Source: Candidatus Methanoperedens sp.
GTDB lineage: Archaea > Halobacteriota > Methanosarcinia > Methanosarcinales > Methanoperedenaceae
Direction: 5' to 3'
NCBI GenBank assembly: GCA_041494705.1
Contig: JBGQBI010000001.1
Location: forward strand, 390,001 to 422,000
DNA length: 32,000 bases
Positions 25,740 through 32,000 of this stretch are shown here, one piece after another (within the stretch, counting starts at the first letter, position 1; each line of letters begins with the position of its first letter). Position numbers and translations under genes: made by a program. The notes below the pieces were generated by a model that did not search any database, had not been told where the DNA came from, and worked only from the letters and a program-made list of their open reading frames with translations.

Positions 25740-28289
25740 ATGCAAAATTCTAAAAATATTAATCCAATGAATCAACCCCCTCAGGCATTCTGGAGCCTCC
25801 CTGCCGCTCTACTGCTTGCGCGGCTTCAAACAACACCGCAGGGCATTACTGGCGATGAAGCACGGCAGCGACTTGCACGTTATGGCTCCAATCTCCTGAC
25901 GCCAAGAAAAAGATCGGACTCACTGGCGCTTCTGCTTGCCCAATTCAAAAGTCCCATTACCCTCATCCTTCTCTTTGCAGCAGGATTGTCATTTTTCCTG
26001 CATGAACATGTTGACGTTTTCATTATCATGGCAATTGTCTTCATAAGCGGCCTTCTCGGATTCTGGCAGGAACGGGGAGCGGCAAATGCAGTCGAGAAGT
26101 TACTCGCTATCGTGCAAATAAAATCTACGGTGCTGCGTGATGGAAGCCCAAAAGAGATTCCTGTCGAAGAGATTGTGCCCGGTGATATTATTATCCTCAA
26201 CGGCGGAGATATTATTCCCGGGGACTGCCTGATACTGGAGTCCAAAGATCTATTTATCGATGAAGCGACGCTGACAGGCGAGACATATCCAGTAGAAAAG
26301 TCAGCCGGGGAACTGGCGAAAGAAACACAGCTTGGAGAGAGGAACAACACGCTTTTTATGGGAACTCATGCGGTGAGTGGCAGCGCGAAAGCTGTAGTTG
26401 TCTGCACAGGGACAGAAACCGAATTCGGTAAGGTTTCCCAGCGGCTGAAACTAAGATCGCCGGAGACGGAGTTTGAGCGCGGCGTCCGGCGGTTCGGGTA
26501 TTTCCTTATGGAGATTACGCTTCTCCTGGTAATTTCTATTTTCGCCATCAACACCTATATGGCACGCCCGGTCCTGGAATCTCTTCTCTTTTCCCTGGCA
26601 CTCGCTGTTGGGCTGACTCCGCAACTACTGCCGGCGATTATCAGCGTGAACCTTGCACACGGCGCAAAACGCATGGCGCTTAAGAAAGTAATCGTTAAAC
26701 GCCTTGCCTCTATTGAAAATTTTGGGAGTATGAACGTACTATGTTCAGATAAGACCGGCACTCTGACCGAAGGGGTAGTGCGAGTGAACTCCTCTCTTGA
26801 TGTTGAAGGAAAGGAAAGCGAAAAAGTTCTTTTCTATGCTTATCTTAATGCTTTTTTCGAGACAGGTTTTACGAACCCGATTGACAGCGCAATACGGAAT
26901 TATCGCCAGTTTAAGGTGTCTGGCTGCCAGAAACTGGATGAAGTACCGTATGATTTCATTCGTAAGCGATTAAGCGTCCTTGTCTCAAAAGATGATAAGC
27001 ATCTGATAGTGACTAAAGGCGCTCTTCAGAATGTGCTGGCAGTCTGTTCATCAGCAGAAACTTCCGATGGAAATATCGTGGATATTACAGCCGTGAAAGA
27101 ACAGATTCAGCAGTGTTTTGAGGAGCAGAGCAGTAAGGGCTTCCGCATATTGGGAGTTGCTTACCGGGATATCGGGTCTGATTCGCTGATAACCAAAGAA
27201 CATGAAGCAACGATGACGTTTTTAGGATTCCTCATTCTCTTTGATCCGCCGAAGCCCGGAATTGCAGGCACCATAAACCAATTAAATCACCTTGGCATCT
27301 CACTTAAGATAATCACAGGAGACAACAAACTGGTTGCTGCCAATGTGGGTAAACAGGTGGGATTAGCCGGACCGTCCATACTCACAGGCCAGGACCTTCG
27401 CTCAATGAGTGATGAAGCGCTGCTCGGGCGGGTGAATGATATAAATATCTTTGCTGATATTGAGCCGAATCAGAAGGAACGCATCATTCTGGCACTGAAA
27501 AAGACCGGAAATGTTGTTGGCTATATGGGGGATGGAATTAATGATGCGTCAGCGCTCCATGTTGCCGATGTCGGCATCTCGGTTGATAGCGCCGTAGATG
27601 TTGCCAAAGACGCCGCCGATATTGTGCTGCTGGAAAAGGATTTAGGTGTTCTTGTTCAGGGTGTGCGTGAAGGGAGAATGACATTTGCTAACACCCTCAA
27701 GTATGTTTTCATGGCGACTAGCGCCAATTTCGGGAACATGTTCAGCATGGCTGGAGTATCGCTTTTCTTGCCTTTTCTCCCCTTATTGCCCGGACAGATT
27801 CTGCTCACCAATCTCATGACTGATATCCCGGAGATGACAATAGCTACCGATAGCGTGGATGGCGAAATGGTTGATCATCCCAGGCGCTGGAACATAGGGT
27901 TCATCCGCACTTTTATGCTGGTCTTTGGAATCTTGAGTTCCGTATTTGACTATCTTACATTCGGCGCTTTGTTTTTCGTTCTCAATGCTACAACTGACCA
28001 ATTCAGGACCGGCTGGTTTATGGAATCTGTTATTTCAGCTTCTATTATTGTGCTTGTGATTCGCACTAAGAAGCCTTTCTTCAAGAGTATACCCGGGAAG
28101 TTTCTGTCCGCAGCCACACTGCTGATCGTTGGAAGTACACTCATTTTACCTTTCACACCACTCGGGAAGATATTTGAATTTAGTCAGCTTCCGATTTCGT
28201 TCCTTCTTCTTATGGGATTGATCGTGGCCTTTTACATCATCGCGGCAGAATTAGTGAAAGCTGTATTTTACAGGAGGGTGAAATTTTGA
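25740..28289 (+). CDS. mgtA: Mg2+-transporting P-type ATPase (MgtA/MgtB type)
   Basis: CSDKTGTLT, TGDN and GDGINDA. The N-terminus LTGDEARQRLARYGSNLL and the 849-aa length are typical of type IIIB ATPases. Confidence 0.85.
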   Translation: MQNSKNINPMNQPPQAFWSLPAALLLARLQTTPQGITGDEARQRLARYGSNLLTPRKRSDSLALLLAQFKSPITLILLFAAGLSFFLHEHVDVFIIMAIVFISGLLGFWQERGAANAVEKLLAIVQIKSTVLRDGSPKEIPVEEIVPGDIIILNGGDIIPGDCLILESKDLFIDEATLTGETYPVEKSAGELAKETQLGERNNTLFMGTHAVSGSAKAVVVCTGTETEFGKVSQRLKLRSPETEFERGVRRFGYFLMEITLLLVISIFAINTYMARPVLESLLFSLALAVGLTPQLLPAIISVNLAHGAKRMALKKVIVKRLASIENFGSMNVLCSDKTGTLTEGVVRVNSSLDVEGKESEKVLFYAYLNAFFETGFTNPIDSAIRNYRQFKVSGCQKLDEVPYDFIRKRLSVLVSKDDKHLIVTKGALQNVLAVCSSAETSDGNIVDITAVKEQIQQCFEEQSSKGFRILGVAYRDIGSDSLITKEHEATMTFLGFLILFDPPKPGIAGTINQLNHLGISLKIITGDNKLVAANVGKQVGLAGPSILTGQDLRSMSDEALLGRVNDINIFADIEPNQKERIILALKKTGNVVGYMGDGINDASALHVADVGISVDSAVDVAKDAADIVLLEKDLGVLVQGVREGRMTFANTLKYVFMATSANFGNMFSMAGVSLFLPFLPLLPGQILLTNLMTDIPEMTIATDSVDGEMVDHPRRWNIGFIRTFMLVFGILSSVFDYLTFGALFFVLNATTDQFRTGWFMESVISASIIVLVIRTKKPFFKSIPGKFLSAATLLIVGSTLILPFTPLGKIFEFSQLPISFLLLMGLIVAFYIIAAELVKAVFYRRVKF

Positions 28290-29410
28290 TTGATTAAAGC
28301 GAGAATAATAGGTTTAATTACGTCCCATAAAATCAGGAGAACTATTGCAATCTCAAGCCAGAGAGCCAATTGCTCTGTAGCAAGTTCTCTTGCAGTTGAG
28401 TAGAGATCCTGGAGAGAATCTATCTTTTCCTGCACTAATTTTCCATAGTCCCGTACTTTGAGCGTATCCAGCATGTTCTGATAGAAAGACTGGTAATACC
28501 AATCATTTGTAATTTTGTGAGGGTTCATCAGGTCTTTAATATCATCAAGTATCACAAGCCCGATTTCACTAACCGTAAATAGTGATTTTTCAAGTTTTCT
28601 TGGCGCCTGTGTTATAAAATAATATCTTGAGCTGTTAAGTTTTTTCAGGGCGTCGAAAGCGTTAGATATTTCAACATCGATCTTCCTGTCATATATCTGG
28701 AACAAAAGCAAAAGCGATATGGCAAGTTCCAGTAATTCGCGCAGTTCATTGATGTAACCATCGCAGCCAATAACGAAAGCTGCCTCGGTCGAAGCAAGAA
28801 AAAGGTCTTCATCGTAATATGAGAGGTCATTTGCAGTCTTTTCCATGATTTCCTTGCTGTGAAGGGCACGGGTAGGCGTTTCACCTGAAAGGAAACGTGC
28901 GACTATCTCTCCATATTGCTCTCTCAGGCTTTTCTGGTCGAGCTGGGGAGTAAAATCTTTAATTTTCAGAAATGTGAATTTTTTAATATCCGGATAATAT
29001 GCGACCGTCTTTATCGGATTGATTTTCTGACGTATTTCCTTAATCCTCTTATTTGCATATGACTGGTAGTCAAGTCCTTCCACGCTAATGGTGTTTGAAT
29101 GAAGGGCTATCAGGATATCATTCAATGATATCTTATCCCGTATCTCGATTTCTGTGCGTAGTATTGATACCCCTGCTGCAAAAATATCAGTATACATGTT
29201 TGTATTGCAGGTAATTTCTTCACCACCTGCGACAATAACAGTCAAGCCTTCTGCTTTTTCAATTTCTATTGGTTTATTCCATCTTTCAGCAATTACCTCT
29301 CCACCAATCAACATCTTCAATTGGGTTTTATCCAGTTCCCCGCCATGCCCGAAGGCCGCAAGAATCGTAAGCTTGCCATTGTGAATTGTGAAATCGCTGG
29401 TCGTATTCAT
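28268..29410 (-). CDS. Hypothetical membrane-anchored protein, distantly DUF155/RMD1-like
   Basis: A 380-aa AT-rich gene with a TATA-like tttatatat about 25-33 nt upstream of the ATG. It has a single C-terminal TM helix (LALWLEIAIVLLILWDVIKPIILALI) preceded by a helical region whose pattern resembles the DUF155 C-terminus. The assignment is weak. Confidence 0.55.
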   Translation of the reverse strand: MNTTSDFTIHNGKLTILAAFGHGGELDKTQLKMLIGGEVIAERWNKPIEIEKAEGLTVIVAGGEEITCNTNMYTDIFAAGVSILRTEIEIRDKISLNDILIALHSNTISVEGLDYQSYANKRIKEIRQKINPIKTVAYYPDIKKFTFLKIKDFTPQLDQKSLREQYGEIVARFLSGETPTRALHSKEIMEKTANDLSYYDEDLFLASTEAAFVIGCDGYINELRELLELAISLLLLFQIYDRKIDVEISNAFDALKKLNSSRYYFITQAPRKLEKSLFTVSEIGLVILDDIKDLMNPHKITNDWYYQSFYQNMLDTLKVRDYGKLVQEKIDSLQDLYSTARELATEQLALWLEIAIVLLILWDVIKPIILALINQNFTLL

Positions 29411-29584
29411 ATCAATATAAAATATGTTTTAAAAATATATAAAGTTATGATAGTGTTATTAAAGACTGATTGAAGGGATCAAACTAACTTTATGACATAT
29501 CGAAAAGCGATTATTTGACGCATTTGAGAATCCTCTTCTATTGCCGCGGCGGGCATGTGGGGGGTGAAGGAGATGCGGGAGGCA

Positions 29585-29839
29585 TTAATCATATACATGC
29601 TTTCTGTGGCGTACAGATATGGCAAAAATAAGTAGTTTTTCTTCCTGTATTTGATATAATATTCGATATTTCCCAACGCGCCATGACAATAAATCTTTGA
29701 GTTTTCCCTTCAACTGCTTTCCTGCATGTGGATTCTCATTTAATTCCCTTAGCTCCCCGACAACTCTATCCTGCAATGTCTTTTCAAGCTGGGAGAAATC
29801 CCTATCGAACTTATGCGATAAAAGAAGGTTATACTTCAT
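29585..29839 (-). CDS. relE: RelE/ParE-family type II toxin
   Basis: F..DFSQL...NPHAGKQLKGKLKDLLSWRVGKYRILYQI...IFAISVRHRKHVY is the canonical RelE/ParE pattern. The gene overlaps the antitoxin's 3' end. Confidence 0.85.
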   Translation of the reverse strand: MKYNLLLSHKFDRDFSQLEKTLQDRVVGELRELNENPHAGKQLKGKLKDLLSWRVGKYRILYQIQEEKLLIFAISVRHRKHVYD

Positions 29840-30041
29840 ACCCATGTTTCTTTAAGAAATCCTCGAATCTGATGACTCTACCTGCTTTGATATCCTGCAA
29901 CCCCTCTTCTATTGCCTTCAAGGTTTCACTATCACTTAAGATTTCAAGCGTCTCTATTGCGGATTCTATTTCACCGTCTACTCTTCTCAGGGTTTCGATA
30001 AAAACATCACTTGCACTCTCTGTTTCAGCCGCAGTGTTCAT
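29829..30041 (-). CDS. Type II antitoxin (Phd/YefM- or RelB-like)
   Basis: A 70-aa acidic protein with ETLEILSDSETLKAIEEGLQDIKAGRV, lying directly upstream of and overlapping the toxin gene. The ATG is at 30041, with GGAG upstream. Confidence 0.7.
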   Translation of the reverse strand: MNTAAETESASDVFIETLRRVDGEIESAIETLEILSDSETLKAIEEGLQDIKAGRVIRFEDFLKKHGYEV

Positions 30042-30067
30042 ATTTAGCTCCAATATATATTTCTGGT

Positions 30068-30211
30068 CTATAATTTTGTATCTTCTTTTGTATTTAAATC
30101 TTTATTTCCTGAAATACTTTGCTCAACAATCCTTATCTCCTCTTCTGTCAGCCCATACAGCCTGTAAACTATCGTATCAATAAGCCCATTCATTGCCTCA
30201 ATCCCCTTCAT
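30068..30211 (-). pseudogene. Orphan C-terminal fragment of an N6-DNA-methyltransferase / type IIG R-M-like gene
   Basis: The open frame reads ...ELAPLMKGIEAMNGLIDTIVYRLYGLTEEEIRIVEQS...*. The YxLYGLTEEEIxIVE tail is characteristic of these enzymes. A stop lies immediately upstream (30251-30253), and no enzyme body is present. Confidence 0.45.
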
Positions 30212-30243
30212 AAGCGGCGCAAGTTCGCTTGCTGAGTTTTGTT

Positions 30244-31380
30244 TTACCTTTTAATCGCTTTCCTCACCAAACTCGCCGACCCCTTCGAACTGAACGCCCT
30301 GAAGAACACAAGCGCTTCTGCATACACCATAGCCTCAATCGCTCTCTCCGTATCCTCATCCACGCTGTAAATCCTGTCAAAGAACTGTTTGATTGCGAAC
30401 TTGCAGTTGCTCCCGAAAATCTGGTTGTCCTTCTTGCCCGGGTTCTTCGGGCGGTAGGTTTCAACAGTCCAGTTCCACATATCCCTGTAAAGTTCGGGCT
30501 CATACACCTTCAGTACATTAAAAACGATATCCTGCCAGAAAGTAGCCACATTTCCCTTGATAATATCGCCCTTGGGGAACTCAAGGTTAATGAGTTCTCT
30601 TGGCGTTCCCGTGATGCCGTGCTGTGCAATGCCCACTTTTAGATTATTATCCCTCAAAGCCTTTGCCACAGCCTTTGTCTGCGGGATATTGATTGAGACC
30701 TGCTCTATCACATTCCCGCGCTCGTCATATACATTCCCGTGAACGCTCCCGTTCGCGATAGCAAGCACCTGGGGATGCACTCCGTTCTCATTCAGTGCTT
30801 TTATGAACGTGACTGCCTCTTCGGGTCTTGTGAGCACAAGACCGTGCTCGTCCTTCCTTCCTATCTCACCAACCTCGACCTCAAGCCCGAACTCCTTTCC
30901 CTTCATCATTTTTTCGATGTATTTCGCCAATTCTGTTGTGACCCGGATATTCTTATCAAGCTCCTCCCGCAGGTTCTTTCCCTCAAAATTAAAAAGATGA
31001 GAGGCGTCTATGGCAAAAGAAGTGTAGCCCGCCTCTATCTGGCCGTCTATCAGTTTTTTCGTATCATCCAATTCTTGAGGTTCGCCTGTCTTTATTGTGA
31101 TATGGTCTGCATGAAGCGCCCAGATGTCGCATTGCACATCAACAGCTGCTCTCCTTACCCTTTCTGAAAACGACATCGGCGTAAGCCCTGTATATCCGCC
31201 TTTAAGATCGCATTCCGAGCGCGCAAGTTCCATGAAAACCGCAGAATCCGTGTCCTTTGCAGCCCTGAAAATCCCGCGGGCGACTGTTGTAACCCGCGTA
31301 TTTGTCGCCATGACAATCATTTTCCTGCCAGCGATACTGTTTAGAATGGTAGAACCCGGAATTGGTGCGAAATTGCTCAT
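30244..31380 (-). CDS. fba: Class II (metal-dependent) fructose/ketose-bisphosphate aldolase
   Basis: ALHADH, EVEVGEIG, ANGSVHG and AQHGITGTP motifs. The start is trimmed to MSNFAPIPG, with a strong SD GGAAGGAGGA upstream. Confidence 0.7.
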   Translation of the reverse strand: MSNFAPIPGSTILNSIAGRKMIVMATNTRVTTVARGIFRAAKDTDSAVFMELARSECDLKGGYTGLTPMSFSERVRRAAVDVQCDIWALHADHITIKTGEPQELDDTKKLIDGQIEAGYTSFAIDASHLFNFEGKNLREELDKNIRVTTELAKYIEKMMKGKEFGLEVEVGEIGRKDEHGLVLTRPEEAVTFIKALNENGVHPQVLAIANGSVHGNVYDERGNVIEQVSINIPQTKAVAKALRDNNLKVGIAQHGITGTPRELINLEFPKGDIIKGNVATFWQDIVFNVLKVYEPELYRDMWNWTVETYRPKNPGKKDNQIFGSNCKFAIKQFFDRIYSVDEDTERAIEAMVYAEALVFFRAFSSKGSASLVRKAIKR

Positions 31381-31402
31381 AATCCTCCTTCCCTGATTGT
31401 CA

Positions 31403-32000
31403 TCATTGTGCCATAAACTTTTCAGCCATTTCGATTTCCTTTTTTCCTCCTGCATATATTGGAGTTAACTCATCGATAGCTTTCGGCTTGATTGACAGGA
31501 TATCAATTTTCCCATTGCTGATTGCCCCGCCTGCATCGGTAATTATTTTTCCCATCGGGTTTGCCTCAAACAATAACCGAAGCTTTCCTTTTTCTTTTCC
31601 CCGAAATCCCGGGTAGGTGAACACACCGCCTTTGTGGAGAATCTGGTGCATATCCGCGACAAAGGAGCCGGAAAAGCGCAGTTTGTAACCTTCAGCCTCA
31701 AGATTTTCGATAAACCTGGCATGCTGCGGGAGGTAATCCTTCCTGAGTGCGCCGGGTGCGTAGAGCTTGCCGTCCGGGATTTTGATATCCCGCTGCGTGA
31801 GGTTGAACATTCCCTTTTCATCCATGACAAAATCATGCACGCCGTTGCCGGTTGTCAGCGTCAGCGTGGTAAGTGGTCCGTAAAGGATGTACATTGCAGC
31901 AATCATGGTATTGCCGGGGGCTAGCACACTGCCCGGATAAATTCCGATAATCGTCCCGACCGCGAGATTCACGTCAATCAGGGAAGAGCCGTCAAGAGGG
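31403..32000 (-). CDS. fbp: Fructose-1,6-bisphosphatase class 1, C-terminal part (5' end outside the window)
   Basis: The frame is open to the window edge: [42 protein letters not shown] and [10 protein letters not shown]. Confidence 0.9.
   Translation of the reverse strand, partial: PLDGSSLIDVNLAVGTIIGIYPGSVLAPGNTMIAAMYILYGPLTTLTLTTGNGVHDFVMDEKGMFNLTQRDIKIPDGKLYAPGALRKDYLPQHARFIENLEAEGYKLRFSGSFVADMHQILHKGGVFTYPGFRGKEKGKLRLLFEANPMGKIITDAGGAISNGKIDILSIKPKAIDELTPIYAGGKKEIEMAEKFMAQ

Noticed and set aside
29479-30183. ORFs 29479..29676 (minus strand) and 29728..30183 (plus strand) overlapping the toxin-antitoxin module
   Set aside because: They overlap well-supported RelE/antitoxin genes and the MTase relic, and have no motifs or start context.
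1-32000. A search for tRNA, rRNA and CRISPR arrays
   Set aside because: I saw no T-loop (GGTTCGAATC-like) or cloverleaf candidates, no rRNA-like stretches, and no regularly spaced direct repeats. Visual scanning cannot exclude divergent small RNAs.

Overview
The window is a densely packed archaeal chromosomal segment. It carries a thermosome, a class I CCA-adding enzyme, Trm112, PGF-CTERM proteins, a GfcR/PyrE-like regulator and an eIF-2B-family ribose-1,5-bisphosphate isomerase. SD-like GGAGG/GGTGA motifs precede many starts. A Methanosarcinales/ANME-like host is my inference from gene content only. I support about 36 protein genes, many joined by 4-nt ATGA/GTGA overlaps. I saw no rRNA, tRNA or CRISPR array. 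Most genes are housekeeping: thrC-like, cobQ, cca, thpR, map, an M24 peptidase, thermosome, mgtA and fbp/fba. Three patches are visibly more AT-rich and look accessory: about 8520-10230, 25023-25739 and 28290-30243. Points worth a second look: (1) a ThrC-family PLP enzyme coupled to a MoaD/ThiS-type GG-terminal sulfur carrier, possibly thiocarboxylate-dependent homocysteine synthesis from O-phosphohomoserine; (2) a protein with a TiaS-N-terminal-like GIDNTDS motif coupled to an orphan IorA-like TPP protein that has no ferredoxin domain and no IorB; (3) a dispersed palindromic intergenic repeat family of roughly 75-96 bp built from CGCARAGG-type sub-repeats, with three copies, one next to an SDR gene with a degraded 5' end; (4) a decayed defence-like islet holding a RelE/antitoxin pair, an orphan C-terminal fragment of an N6-DNA-methyltransferase-like gene and a DUF155-like membrane protein; (5) a GC-rich, hairpin-rich non-coding island at 21934-22044; (6) a perfect 17-nt palindrome in the thermosome promoter region. 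All family assignments come from motif recognition by eye. No database search was run.
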